In this document: in pieces, positions 38,159 through 48,648 of the stretch
Position numbering within the stretch: the first letter of the stretch is position 1
Layout: each line of letters opens with the position of its first letter
Origin: an uncultured Maribacter sp.
GTDB lineage: Bacteria; Bacteroidota; Bacteroidia; Flavobacteriales; Flavobacteriaceae
Assembly (NCBI GenBank): GCA_964569345.1
Contig: CAZMUV010000008.1
Location: forward strand, 334 to 64,333
Direction of reading: 5' to 3'
Length of the DNA: 64,000 bases
The notes under the pieces: model-generated
What the model saw: the letters and a program-made list of their open reading frames with translations, nothing else
Databases searched by the model: none
What the model was told of the DNA's origin: nothing
Program-made: the position numbers and the translations under genes

Positions 38159-41008
38159 ATGAAGACCGACGTGTTTGCATCCCGCCATATAGGCATACGT
38201 GAAGAAGACCTTCAACATATGCTAAAAAATGTATCCGTAGAGAATTTAGAGCAGCTTATTTCTGAGACTATTCCTGCAGAAATTAGGTTAAAAAAACCTT
38301 TAGACCTAGAAGCTCCAATGAGCGAGCACGAGTTCTTGAGTCATATTGAAAAGCTATCCAAAAAGAACAAAGTTTTTAAATCCTATATTGGTTTAGGGTA
38401 CCACGAGAGTTTAACACCCTCGGTCATCAAAAGAAATATTTTAGAAAATCCAGGTTGGTACACGGCTTACACGCCCTACCAAGCGGAAATAGCGCAAGGC
38501 AGACTAGAGGCCCTTTTAAACTTCCAAACTGTAATTACTGACCTAACGGGAATGGAACTGGCCAATGCCTCCTTGTTGGACGAGAGTACTGCCGCGGCAG
38601 AAGCTATGACCATGTTATACGATGCACGCTCGCGAGAACAAAAGAAAAACGGAGTGTTGAAATTCTTCGTATCCGAAGAGGTTTTACCTCAGACTTTATC
38701 CTTACTACAAACACGTTCCACACCTCTGGGTATTGAACTTGTTATTGGTAACCACGAAGAATTCCAGTTTGAGACAGAATTTTATGGCGCTTTATTACAA
38801 TATCCAGGCAAACACGGACAAGTAAACGATTATGCCGCTTTTGTTGCTAGCGCAAAAGAAGCAGACATTAAAGTAGCCGTTTCTGCAGATATCTTAAGTT
38901 TAGTGCTATTGACACCTCCGGGCGAATTTGGTGTAGATGTTGTCGTGGGCACCACACAACGTTTTGGAATCCCATTAGGATATGGCGGACCTCACGCAGC
39001 ATTTTTTGCTACGAAAGAGGCCTATAAAAGAAACATACCTGGGCGAATCATTGGTGTAACAAAAGACACCGATGGCAAACCGGCGATGCGTATGGCATTG
39101 CAAACTAGAGAACAACACATCAAACGAGATAAGGCTACATCCAACATTTGTACCGCACAGGTATTGTTGGCCGTTATGGCAGGAATGTACGCCGTATATC
39201 ACGGACCGAAAGGCTTGAAATATATTGCAGATAAAGTCCATACTTCGGCCACTACCCTGGCGGATGCCTTGGAACAATTGGGCTTATACCAAATCAATTC
39301 CTCTTATTTTGACACGATTACCGTTAAGATGGATGCCTCCAAAGTGAGACCTATAGCGGAACAGCACGAAATCAATTTTTTATATATTGATGCGCAAACC
39401 GTTTCCATAGCTGTAAACGAAGCTACAAGTATCAAGGACCTAAACGCTATTGTTTCCGTTTTTGCTCAGGCATTAGGCAAAGACAGTATCAAAATAAACG
39501 AACTGGCTACAACTTCGGCCATTATGAAAAGTGTGCAACGGACAGCCCCTTACATGGAAAATAAGGTGTTCAATTCTTATCATTCCGAAACAGAATTGAT
39601 GCGCTACATCAAAAAGTTGGAGCGTAAAGATCTTGCCCTAAACCACAGTATGATTTCTTTGGGGAGTTGCACCATGAAGTTGAATGCGGCGAGTGAAATG
39701 CTGCCCTTAAGCCAAAGTAACTGGGGTAACATCCATCCGTTTGTACCTATTGATCAAGCGGAAGGCTACCAAATAATGCTAAAAGAACTAGCAAAAGACC
39801 TTACCACCATTACCGGTTTCGCAGATACTTCCCTACAGCCCAATTCTGGAGCACAAGGGGAATATGCAGGGCTTATGGTAATACGCGCCTACCACGAATC
39901 TCGTGGGGACACACATAGAAACATTTGTATTATCCCAGCTTCCGCACACGGAACCAATCCGGCTTCAGCAGTTATGGCCGGCATGAAGGTCGTAGTAACC
40001 AAGACTGATGAAAAAGGAAATATAGATGTAGCTGACCTAGAGGAAAAAGTAAAGCAACATTCAGAAAATCTAGCGGCGTTAATGGTTACCTATCCATCTA
40101 CACACGGGGTTTTTGAATCTTCAATAAAACATATTACACAGTTGATACATAATCATGGAGGGCAAGTATATATGGATGGAGCTAACATGAATGCTCAAGT
40201 GGGATTAACACATCCTGGTAATATTGGCGCAGATGTCTGTCACTTAAACTTACACAAAACTTTTGCCATTCCACACGGAGGTGGAGGCCCTGGTGTAGGC
40301 CCGATATGCGTTGCATCACAATTGGTTCCATTCTTACCAAGTAATCCGGTAATAAAAACTGGCGGCGAAAAAGGAATTACAGCTATTTCTGGAGCCCCAT
40401 GGGGAAGTTCTTTGGCCTGTTTGATTTCTTACGGATATATAAAGATGCTAGGAGAATACGGATTAACGCGGTCCACAGAAATCGCAATCTTAAACGCGAA
40501 CTACATCAAACATCGTTTGCATGGTAGTTTTGAAGTATTGTACACTGGCGAAAAAGGAAGGGCCGCACATGAGATGATTATCGACTGTAGACCTTTTAAA
40601 GACAACGGTATTGAAGTAACTGATATTGCAAAGCGTTTGATGGACTATGGCTTTCATGCACCTACGGTATCTTTCCCTGTGGCAGGAACGGTAATGATAG
40701 AACCTACAGAAAGTGAAAGTTTAGCAGAACTAGATCGTTTTTGCGATGCAATGCTTTCTATTCGGAAAGAAATCAATGAATCCATTTCGAATGAACCAAA
40801 CAACGTCTTAAAAAACGCTCCGCATACTATGGATATGGTTACCAACGACATTTGGGACTTCCCTTACAGCAGAGAAAAAGCAGCATTTCCGCTATCCTAC
40901 GTGAGAGAGAACAAGTTTTGGCCTTCGGTAAGAAGAGTCGATGATGCGTATGGAGACCGTAATTTAATTTGCACCTGTGCACCCATAGAGGCTTATGTTG
41001 AAGCTTAG
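38159..41008 (+). CDS. gcvP: Glycine dehydrogenase (decarboxylating), GCS P-protein
   Basis: YTPYQAEIAQGRLE, TSNICTAQ, HLNLHKTF (PLP lysine), GDRNLICTC. Confidence 0.96.
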   Translation: MKTDVFASRHIGIREEDLQHMLKNVSVENLEQLISETIPAEIRLKKPLDLEAPMSEHEFLSHIEKLSKKNKVFKSYIGLGYHESLTPSVIKRNILENPGWYTAYTPYQAEIAQGRLEALLNFQTVITDLTGMELANASLLDESTAAAEAMTMLYDARSREQKKNGVLKFFVSEEVLPQTLSLLQTRSTPLGIELVIGNHEEFQFETEFYGALLQYPGKHGQVNDYAAFVASAKEADIKVAVSADILSLVLLTPPGEFGVDVVVGTTQRFGIPLGYGGPHAAFFATKEAYKRNIPGRIIGVTKDTDGKPAMRMALQTREQHIKRDKATSNICTAQVLLAVMAGMYAVYHGPKGLKYIADKVHTSATTLADALEQLGLYQINSSYFDTITVKMDASKVRPIAEQHEINFLYIDAQTVSIAVNEATSIKDLNAIVSVFAQALGKDSIKINELATTSAIMKSVQRTAPYMENKVFNSYHSETELMRYIKKLERKDLALNHSMISLGSCTMKLNAASEMLPLSQSNWGNIHPFVPIDQAEGYQIMLKELAKDLTTITGFADTSLQPNSGAQGEYAGLMVIRAYHESRGDTHRNICIIPASAHGTNPASAVMAGMKVVVTKTDEKGNIDVADLEEKVKQHSENLAALMVTYPSTHGVFESSIKHITQLIHNHGGQVYMDGANMNAQVGLTHPGNIGADVCHLNLHKTFAIPHGGGGPGVGPICVASQLVPFLPSNPVIKTGGEKGITAISGAPWGSSLACLISYGYIKMLGEYGLTRSTEIAILNANYIKHRLHGSFEVLYTGEKGRAAHEMIIDCRPFKDNGIEVTDIAKRLMDYGFHAPTVSFPVAGTVMIEPTESESLAELDRFCDAMLSIRKEINESISNEPNNVLKNAPHTMDMVTNDIWDFPYSREKAAFPLSYVRENKFWPSVRRVDDAYGDRNLICTCAPIEAYVEA

Positions 41009-41033
41009 ACTTAACTAAAACACGATAAATAAG

Positions 41034-41062
41034 GGCTTCCAAAGTATTTGGAAGCCTTTTTT
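41034..41062 (+). terminator. Intrinsic terminator
   Basis: GGCTTCCAAA-GTA-TTTGGAAGCC followed by T6. Confidence 0.85.
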
Positions 41063-41174
41063 AGTACAAAAATTGACAAAACAATGGGATTGAACATCGT
41101 AATTTTTATTATGCACGCATAACAACATTTTGCTTTTCCTTTATCTTGTAGGGTACTAACCAAACAATAGTTAA

Positions 41175-42230
41175 ATGCGTACTGGAATTACGGGAACTGG
41201 ATGCTATGTACCAGACACAATCGTAGCGAACAAAGATTTTGAAGAACATGAGTTTTTAAATACAGACGGTACTCCGTTCCAATATAACAATCCTGTTATC
41301 ATTGAAAAATTTAAAGCGATTACCGGCATTTCTGAAAGACGCTATGCAGAACAGAACCTAAACACTTCAGATATTGCCTTTTTAGCGTCCGAAAAAGCTA
41401 TTGCCGACGCCAACATAGACAAGGAGGAACTAGACTATATCATATTTGCCCATAATTTTGGGGATGTTGCACACGGACAATCACAGAGCGATATGCTACC
41501 AAGTTTGGCATCCAGAGTAAAGCATTTATTGCGTATAAAAAATCCAAAATGCGTTGCCTATGATATGCTTTTTGGCTGTCCTGGATGGATAGAAGGCGTA
41601 ATACAGGCTAATGCGTTTATTAAAAGTGGAATGGCCAAAAAGTGTTTGGTTATAGGTGCAGAAACCCTTTCTCGAATCGTTGATCCTTTTGATCGTGATT
41701 CTATGATTTACTCCGACGGTGCTGGCGCAACCATAATTGAGCAAAACGAAGACGAAGGCAGTATCCTAGCACATGTCAGTGCAACATACACCTACGAAGA
41801 AGCCTATTTTCTTTTCAACGGAAAATCCTACGAACCTAAGGCAGGAGAAACTAAATACATTAAAATGCATGGGCGCAAAATTTACGAATTTGCCGTAAGT
41901 CATGTACCAGGTGCCATGAAGAGTTGCCTAGACGAAAGCGGTATACCTATTACTGAAGTTAAAAAAATAATCATCCATCAGGCCAATGAAAAAATGGACG
42001 AAGCCATTGTAAAGCGATTTTACAAAAGCTATGGCTTACCTATGCCTAAAGATATTATGCCGATGAGCATCGGTAAATTAGGCAATAGTTCCGTGGCTAC
42101 GATTCCCACTTTGTTAGATCTGCTACTAAAAGGAAAAATGCCAGATCACCAGCTTAGCAAAGGAGATGTTATTATCTTTGCTAGTGTTGGCGCTGGAATG
42201 AACATCAATGCCATTGTTTATAGGGTTTAA
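41175..42230 (+). CDS. fabH: 3-oxoacyl-ACP synthase III family protein
   Basis: FGCPGW (Cys), DGAGA, IHQAN (His), GNSSVATIP (Asn). Confidence 0.88.
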   Translation: MRTGITGTGCYVPDTIVANKDFEEHEFLNTDGTPFQYNNPVIIEKFKAITGISERRYAEQNLNTSDIAFLASEKAIADANIDKEELDYIIFAHNFGDVAHGQSQSDMLPSLASRVKHLLRIKNPKCVAYDMLFGCPGWIEGVIQANAFIKSGMAKKCLVIGAETLSRIVDPFDRDSMIYSDGAGATIIEQNEDEGSILAHVSATYTYEEAYFLFNGKSYEPKAGETKYIKMHGRKIYEFAVSHVPGAMKSCLDESGIPITEVKKIIIHQANEKMDEAIVKRFYKSYGLPMPKDIMPMSIGKLGNSSVATIPTLLDLLLKGKMPDHQLSKGDVIIFASVGAGMNINAIVYRV

Positions 42231-42248
42231 AGTATCAAGTTCAAGGTT
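42221..42248. repeat. Degenerate heptamer tandem repeat
   Basis: TAGGGTT TAAAGTA TCAAGTT CAAGGTT, the same family as 35494-35521. Confidence 0.45.
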
Positions 42249-42286
42249 GGGCATGATAAAAAACCCTAAAACCTGAAAACAAAAAA

Positions 42287-42811
42287 ATGTACGAAAAAAC
42301 TTTTCCAAACAAACGTTTTAAACAAACGATGGAATTTCTGGAAAAACACATCCCAAAAGACCAGCTTATTTTGGACTTAGGGGTTCCCAACCCACTTTCC
42401 AAAATAATGAAAGAACGTGGTTACACCGTAACAAATACCAACGGTGAAGATTTGGATAACGACCTTAGCATTGCTACCGATTTTAAAGGCAATGTAGTGA
42501 CGGCGTTTGAAATTTTTGAGCATCTATTGGCTCCTTTAAATATACTTTCAGAGATAAAAGCAGATAAATTAGTGACAAGTATTCCCTTGCGACTTTGGTT
42601 TTCCACTGCGTATCGCAGTAAAACTGACCCGTGGGACAGACATTACCACGAGTTTGAGGATTGGCAGTTCGATTGGCTTCTGGAAAAAGCCGGTTGGGAG
42701 ATAAAGGACCGATTGAAATGGACGCACCCAGTGAACAAGTTAGGTATCCGCCCCATTTTGCGTCTACTTACGCCCAGGTACTACATTGTTTATGCTGAAC
42801 GCAAAAAGTAA
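42287..42811 (+). CDS. Small SAM-dependent methyltransferase-like protein
   Basis: ILDLG, FEIFEHL..P motif. Confidence 0.7.
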   Translation: MYEKTFPNKRFKQTMEFLEKHIPKDQLILDLGVPNPLSKIMKERGYTVTNTNGEDLDNDLSIATDFKGNVVTAFEIFEHLLAPLNILSEIKADKLVTSIPLRLWFSTAYRSKTDPWDRHYHEFEDWQFDWLLEKAGWEIKDRLKWTHPVNKLGIRPILRLLTPRYYIVYAERKK

Positions 42812-42891
42812 AATAGTAAAATCACAGATTCCAATATATTCTATTATGACCCAGTCTTGGAAATCAGTATTTATAATTTGGTACTTTTAAT

Positions 42892-43746
42892 ATGGACTAC
42901 TATGTTATCATACCCGCGCACAACGAAGCTGATTACCTGTCAACGACTTTAGATTCATTAGCAAACCAAAGCTTACGCCCAAAAAAGGTAGTGGTAGTCA
43001 ATGATAATTCTTCGGATACTACTGGTGAAATTATAAAAAGCTATGTAGTAAAGGATGATATATTCCATTCGCACCATGTTAGCTCATCAGGAGAACACAT
43101 GCCCGGAAGTAAGGTTATTAAAGCCTTCAACAGCGGACTTGAACTCGTAGACGATACGTACGATTTTATTGTTAAGTTAGACGCAGATGTCATTCTTCCC
43201 AAGAACTACTTTGAACAAATTGCCTATACATTTAAAACGAATCCGAAAACAGGTATTGCAGGCGGGTTTATTTACGAGCAGAATGACAAACAGGAATGGC
43301 ACTTAAATCACCCTATGGACAAACGTCATGTACGTGGAGCATTCAAAGCGTACTCCAAATCTTGTTTTAAAGCCATTGGCGGACTAAAAAGCGACATGGG
43401 ATGGGACACTGTAGATGAACTTTTGGCGCAATATCACGGATTTAATACACATACAGATGATACGTTAAAAGTAAAGCATCTGAGACCTACAGGAAAAGGG
43501 TATAATAAAAAAGCAAAAGGATTACAAGGACGCGCCATGTTCACTATGCGCTATGGATTTTGGATTACTTTCATTGCATCCATCAAGATGACACTAAAAC
43601 AAAAGAACCGGACCACTTTTACAGATAACATGAAAGGCTATTTTGAAGCTAAAAAAAGTAAAGCGCCATTTTTAGTATCCACGAAGGAAGGTCTATTTAT
43701 CAGAAAATTACGTTGGGCCAATATCAGAAAAAAACTAATCGCATAA
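42892..43746 (+). CDS. Glycosyltransferase family 2
   Basis: IIPAHNE, VVNDNSSD, KLDAD, GWDTVD. Confidence 0.9.
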   Translation: MDYYVIIPAHNEADYLSTTLDSLANQSLRPKKVVVVNDNSSDTTGEIIKSYVVKDDIFHSHHVSSSGEHMPGSKVIKAFNSGLELVDDTYDFIVKLDADVILPKNYFEQIAYTFKTNPKTGIAGGFIYEQNDKQEWHLNHPMDKRHVRGAFKAYSKSCFKAIGGLKSDMGWDTVDELLAQYHGFNTHTDDTLKVKHLRPTGKGYNKKAKGLQGRAMFTMRYGFWITFIASIKMTLKQKNRTTFTDNMKGYFEAKKSKAPFLVSTKEGLFIRKLRWANIRKKLIA

Positions 43747-43747
43747 A

Positions 43748-43770
43748 AAAACCGCCCAAAAGGCGGTTTT
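43748..43770. terminator. Bidirectional intrinsic terminator
   Basis: AAAACCGCC-CAAAA-GGCGGTTTT between the convergent GT2 and skp genes. Confidence 0.8.
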
Positions 43771-43794
43771 CTATATCGTAGGATAAGGACACTA

Positions 43795-44304
43795 TTAGAA
43801 TCCTAACTCCTTTTTAACATCGGCCAAAAGGTCTTTTCCCTTGAAAACAAGCAATCCACCACCTTGTTGGGCATCAAGCACATAGTCAAAACCTTGAGTA
43901 GTTGCAACCTTGTCGATAGCAGCCTTAGCTTTCTCTGAAATTGGCGCAAACAACTCACCTTGCTTTTTTTGAAATTCTTGTTGTGCAGCTTGCTGTGCCT
44001 CACCAATATTCTTTTCAAAACCTTGAAGCTCAATTGCTCTCTTCTCGTTCTCCTCTTTTGTCTTACTTGGAGCCTCGTTTTGATACTGTGTAACCTTGTT
44101 GCGAAGTTCCGTCATGGATGCCTGTATGTCCGCATTGTATGTTTCCTGCAACTTCATAAGCTCCGCCTCGGCAGTTTTCATTTCTGGCATAGCCCCTAAT
44201 AATTGTGTCACATCTATGTGTGCAACTTTACTTTGAGCATTTACAAAACTAGTTGTTGCTACGAACAACATTAATGCTACTGCTACTTTTTTTAAGTGTT
44301 TCAT
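43795..44304 (-). CDS. skp: OmpH/Skp periplasmic chaperone
   Basis: Signal peptide, KVAHID...MPE, coiled coil, FDYVLD. Confidence 0.88.
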   Translation of the reverse strand: MKHLKKVAVALMLFVATTSFVNAQSKVAHIDVTQLLGAMPEMKTAEAELMKLQETYNADIQASMTELRNKVTQYQNEAPSKTKEENEKRAIELQGFEKNIGEAQQAAQQEFQKKQGELFAPISEKAKAAIDKVATTQGFDYVLDAQQGGGLLVFKGKDLLADVKKELGF

Positions 44305-44376
44305 GAGTTAAAATTTAATTCTTCTTTGAGTGTTAATTAATGGTTCCTAATTTAATAATCTAATACCGATATATTC

Positions 44377-45198
44377 TTATTTTTCGGTGTCTTTTATAGT
44401 TTCTTTTTCCTTCTCAATTTTCTTTGCTTCTCTTTCTTCAAGCAATTTTTTTCTACGTTCCTCATATGCTTTTTTTCGTTCCTCTCTTAGTTTCAGTTGC
44501 TCTGCACGCTTCTCATCAGCCGTTTTAGCTCTTGCTTCAGTTGCTTCTTTGGCTTTATCCAAACGCTCTTGTAATGCATCGCTTACAACTTCTTCATCTT
44601 CAACTCCCTCATCCTCAAAGTCTGCAACACTATTTCTATTACTAGCTTTTTTTACAGGCTTACTTATCTTTCTGGTCCTAGCGATACCTCTTAAAACAAG
44701 GTCACTAATATCGTGCCTTTTTTGGGCATACAACATTACAACATCCGCCGATCTATCAAAAATAAAATCATACTTTTTATTAGCTCCCAATTTTTGGACT
44801 TCATTAAACACTTGGTCTTGTATTGGTTGTATAAGCCTACGTTTTTGCAAAATTAAATCCCCCTGCGGCCCAAACCTATCCTGCTGATACTCTATCATCT
44901 CCTTTTCAAGTATCTGAATATCTTCCTCCCTTTCGGAAATCAGTTCTGGAGTAAGCAACACCTTCTCTGCCATCAGGTCCTTTTTCATTTGCTCCACAAC
45001 ACTTTGCTTCTGCTCTATTTGCACCTTCCATTTCTGCGCCTTGGTGTTCAACTGTTCCGTAGCATCTCTGTACTCCTCTACATTCTCCAAAATATACTCC
45101 ATGTCTACATAACCGATTCGCACACCTCTTTGAGCATTCACATAAAAACCAGTGACCAGTAAACCAAGGAATAAAAGAACTTTTGTTTTTGACTTCAT
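44377..45198 (-). CDS. skp: OmpH/Skp chaperone with a long charged C-terminal extension
   Basis: RIGYVDMEYIL, YDFIFD, then about 100 aa of E/K/R-rich tail. Confidence 0.85.
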   Translation of the reverse strand: MKSKTKVLLFLGLLVTGFYVNAQRGVRIGYVDMEYILENVEEYRDATEQLNTKAQKWKVQIEQKQSVVEQMKKDLMAEKVLLTPELISEREEDIQILEKEMIEYQQDRFGPQGDLILQKRRLIQPIQDQVFNEVQKLGANKKYDFIFDRSADVVMLYAQKRHDISDLVLRGIARTRKISKPVKKASNRNSVADFEDEGVEDEEVVSDALQERLDKAKEATEARAKTADEKRAEQLKLREERKKAYEERRKKLLEEREAKKIEKEKETIKDTEK

Positions 45199-45221
45199 TA
45201 TTGATATCGTTTAATCCAATA

Positions 45222-45236
45222 GAAAATATCGTGCCA
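45222..45236 (-). promoter_or_regulatory. Sigma54-like box TGGCACG-ATAT-TTTC overlapping a -7 TAAATTTG (45235-45242)
   Basis: Perfect -24 element 23 nt upstream of the skp ATG. Confidence 0.35.
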
Positions 45237-45291
45237 AATTTACTAAAACTTTTAAAATGAAGCCTTTAGCATATAGCACAATTCTAAAAAT

Positions 45292-47928
45292 TTAAAATTG
45301 CTGACCAATAATGAAGTGCGTTTGCCATCCGCTAGGACCATTACCAATAGATTGGGGCCTAAGATCCTCATCGAATCCATATCCAAAGTCTATACCCAAT
45401 AATCCAAACGCTGGCATAAAAATACGCAGCCCCACACCGGCCGATCGTTTTAATAAAAACGGATTAAACTCCTGAAAATTGTTGAACGAATTTCCAGCCT
45501 CTAAAAAGGCTAGACCAAAGATCGACGCAGATGGCTTTAAAGTAAGTGGATATCTAAGTTCCATGGAAAATTTATTGTAAATCAAGGCCCCTTCTTGCTG
45601 CCCGGTCAATGGATCAATGGCAGTTAACGATTGGTTCTCATATCCCCTTAACTGCACAATGTCTCTACCATCTAGGGTAAAGTTATTTAGACCATCACCT
45701 CCTACGAAGAATCGCTCAAAAGGCACATCACCAACCGCACTGTTATAAGCACCCAAAAATCCCAATTCTGCATTTGTTCTTAACACCAGTTTTCCTACAA
45801 GTGTAGTGTACCAATCTCCTTTGAACTTCACCTTATAATACTCCAACCACCTAAAGCGTTCTTGATCTATAGCTTCCAATTCCTTGCTTTCTGGCGTAAT
45901 TGCGCCGCCTTGTGCCTGTACTATGGGAGCAAGTTCTTCACTCCTATCCTTTAGGGCCCTAAAATCCTTGTCACTAAAAAGCGAATAAGGGGGGGTGAAT
46001 TTACCCGTAATCTCGAAATTGGAACCACCCCTTGGAAAAATACGTCCTCCCTGTATAGCATTCCTAGACACCCCAAACGTATACGCGATGGAGTTTGACT
46101 GACCATTACCAAAGTTGAATAAACCTGTATTATAATTTCTAAAATCGTATAACTGATAACTCAAGGAATGAGAAATAGTAAAGAAATCATCTGGCCATTG
46201 CACCCGTTTTGCTATACCTACGGTAACTCCCGTTATAGAAAACTGGCGATCTTTATCTACTTCTACTTGACCACCTGCAAAGGATGCCAAAAATTGTTGG
46301 GTCCTAGAAAAGCTCATATTAAATTGAACTGGTTTTTTGCCACCTAACCAAGGCTCTACAAAGTTTAAGCTGTATACCCTAAATGTTCTACTAGCCTGTA
46401 AACGCAGTGCAAAAGTTTGACCATCGCCCATTGGCACTGGTTTATATTCCTCACCTTTAAATAAGTTCTTTACAGAAAAATTACTAAAAGAAAGTCCTAG
46501 GGTTCCTATGAAACCACCGCCACCGTAACCACCCTGCAACTCTATCTGACTGGAACCGGATTCTACCAAACTCCAATCCAAATCTACTGTACCAGCATTG
46601 GGATCCGCATTCAACACATCTGGTGTAATCTGCTCTGCATCAAAAAATCCAAGTTGGCCCAGTTCCCGAATACTTCTTATAATATCAGATTTATTATACT
46701 TCTGGCCTGGCCTTGTTCTTAGCTCCCTAAAAATAACATGATCGTTGGTTCTGTCATTTCCATTAACCGTTACGTGGTTTAAAAAGGTCTCTTTGCCTTC
46801 TATTATACGTATTTCAAAATTTATGGTATCATTTGCCGCTGAAACCTCCACAGGGTTTATACTGGAAAATAGATACCCATTATTCTGATACAAACTCGTT
46901 ACATCATTAGGGTCAGGCTTAGAATTATCTGCAATACGCTCTCGAAGTAATACCCCGTTATAGGTAGCCCCTTTTTTTATACCCAGAACCTGCGCTAAAG
47001 CACGATCGGTATAAACGGTATTCCCCACAAAATCTATATCCCCAAAATAATACTTATTCCCTTCTTCTATCCTAATGTTTAATTGAATATTGTTTTCGTC
47101 AATTTTTGTTAAGGTATCTGATATCACCCTTGCATCCCGAAAACCGCTTTCGGCATATTTATCTGCAAGAAGTGCTAAATCTGCCTCGTAATCCTTCTTT
47201 ATGTACTTTGACTTTTTCCAAAAGCGTCCTAATTTTCTCTTTTTAGTGCTCTTCAAGGCTTTTCTCAATTTTTTGTCAGACAATTGTTTGTTACCTTCAA
47301 AAATAATATCACTAATTTTTACCTTATCCCCCTTGTCGATACTCACCATCATACTACGGGCGTTGATTTGAGACGTATCTACCTTAGTAACAATCGCCAC
47401 TTTAGTATTCAAATACCCTTGCTTCTTATACTTATTGGCTAGATAATTTTTAGTGTTAGAGATAAGGCTTTCGGTAATCTTCTTTCCTTTCTTTAGGTCA
47501 GTATCTTTTACAAGCTCATCTACCTTGCGCTCCTTTACCCCAGTAAATTTAACAGTGGTAAGCGTAGGTCTTTCTATGATATTTAGCTCTAAAAAAACCT
47601 TCTCACCCTCTATATTCGTAATAAAAAAATCTATAGCGCTAAAAAGCTCCAGTCCCCATAATTTATTGATAACTGCGCTAATCTGCTCTCCAGGAACAAT
47701 AATAGGCTGCCCTACACGCAAACCTGTATATGTTTTTACCGTTTGCTCGTTATAACTTTGCAGTCCGGTCACATCTATTCCTCCCAAAATATAATTCTTG
47801 CCGTCCTCGTAGGATACTTCCTGTGAGGTAACGTGAATTGTAATAAGAAGTAAAAGGGTGGTAATTAGGTGGTTCAAAGACATGAACCTGGCCATATCTT
47901 TAAGTGAGTTGTTCGCTAGTTTTTCCAA
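45292..47928 (-). CDS. bamA: Outer membrane protein assembly factor BamA
   Basis: POTRA repeats, IELQGGYGGGG, LRGY, terminal HFIIGQQF. The exact start is uncertain. Confidence 0.95.
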   Translation of the reverse strand: MEKLANNSLKDMARFMSLNHLITTLLLLITIHVTSQEVSYEDGKNYILGGIDVTGLQSYNEQTVKTYTGLRVGQPIIVPGEQISAVINKLWGLELFSAIDFFITNIEGEKVFLELNIIERPTLTTVKFTGVKERKVDELVKDTDLKKGKKITESLISNTKNYLANKYKKQGYLNTKVAIVTKVDTSQINARSMMVSIDKGDKVKISDIIFEGNKQLSDKKLRKALKSTKKRKLGRFWKKSKYIKKDYEADLALLADKYAESGFRDARVISDTLTKIDENNIQLNIRIEEGNKYYFGDIDFVGNTVYTDRALAQVLGIKKGATYNGVLLRERIADNSKPDPNDVTSLYQNNGYLFSSINPVEVSAANDTINFEIRIIEGKETFLNHVTVNGNDRTNDHVIFRELRTRPGQKYNKSDIIRSIRELGQLGFFDAEQITPDVLNADPNAGTVDLDWSLVESGSSQIELQGGYGGGGFIGTLGLSFSNFSVKNLFKGEEYKPVPMGDGQTFALRLQASRTFRVYSLNFVEPWLGGKKPVQFNMSFSRTQQFLASFAGGQVEVDKDRQFSITGVTVGIAKRVQWPDDFFTISHSLSYQLYDFRNYNTGLFNFGNGQSNSIAYTFGVSRNAIQGGRIFPRGGSNFEITGKFTPPYSLFSDKDFRALKDRSEELAPIVQAQGGAITPESKELEAIDQERFRWLEYYKVKFKGDWYTTLVGKLVLRTNAELGFLGAYNSAVGDVPFERFFVGGDGLNNFTLDGRDIVQLRGYENQSLTAIDPLTGQQEGALIYNKFSMELRYPLTLKPSASIFGLAFLEAGNSFNNFQEFNPFLLKRSAGVGLRIFMPAFGLLGIDFGYGFDEDLRPQSIGNGPSGWQTHFIIGQQF

Positions 47929-48640
47929 ATCTTCGTTCTCTATTCTGGTAATTTTTTATGGCCTCAACCAAATGATGCTCACTAAAATCCGGCCAAAATA
48001 CATTGATAAAATATAACTCGGCATAAGCAATTTGCCATAACAAAAAATTGCTGATCCGGTGTTCTCCACTAGTACGGATAAGCAAGTCTACATCGGGCAA
48101 ATTGTGCGTGTAAAGATGGTTATTTATAATGGTTTCATCAATATTTTCAGGTGAAATTATATTATTTTTAACTTTGACAGCGATTGCCTTTACAGCAGAT
48201 TGAAGCTCCTCACGAGACCCGTAACTCAAAGCCAAAGTCAAGGTCATCCCTGTATTAGCCTTGGTTTTATCCATAACCTCTTTCAACTCCTTGTTTGCTT
48301 TAGAGGGTAGCGCAGAAATATCACCAATGGTATTTAAACGAATGTTGTTCTTGTTAAAACTTTTAAGTTCTTTCCGAAGTGAAGAAACCAGTAAACGCAT
48401 CAAGGTTTGGATTTCTAGCTTTGGCCTGTTCCAGTTTTCTGTAGAAAATGTGTAGAGTGTTAAGTATTTTATTCCCACTTTAGCACAATTCTCAACGGTA
48501 GCTTTTACGGTTTTCACCCCATTTTCATGTCCAAAAACCCTGTGCTTACCTTGCTCTTTGGCCCACCTACCATTACCATCCATAATAATGGCTAAATGGC
48601 GTGGCAGGCTGCTTACTTCAATATCCTCTATTTTGCTCAT
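47900..48640 (-). CDS. uppS: Undecaprenyl diphosphate synthase
   Basis: IIMDGNGRWA, FSTENWNRP, RTSGEHRISNFLLWQ. Confidence 0.95.
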   Translation of the reverse strand: MSKIEDIEVSSLPRHLAIIMDGNGRWAKEQGKHRVFGHENGVKTVKATVENCAKVGIKYLTLYTFSTENWNRPKLEIQTLMRLLVSSLRKELKSFNKNNIRLNTIGDISALPSKANKELKEVMDKTKANTGMTLTLALSYGSREELQSAVKAIAVKVKNNIISPENIDETIINNHLYTHNLPDVDLLIRTSGEHRISNFLLWQIAYAELYFINVFWPDFSEHHLVEAIKNYQNRERRFGKTSEQLT

Positions 48641-48648
48641 GTAGTGTT

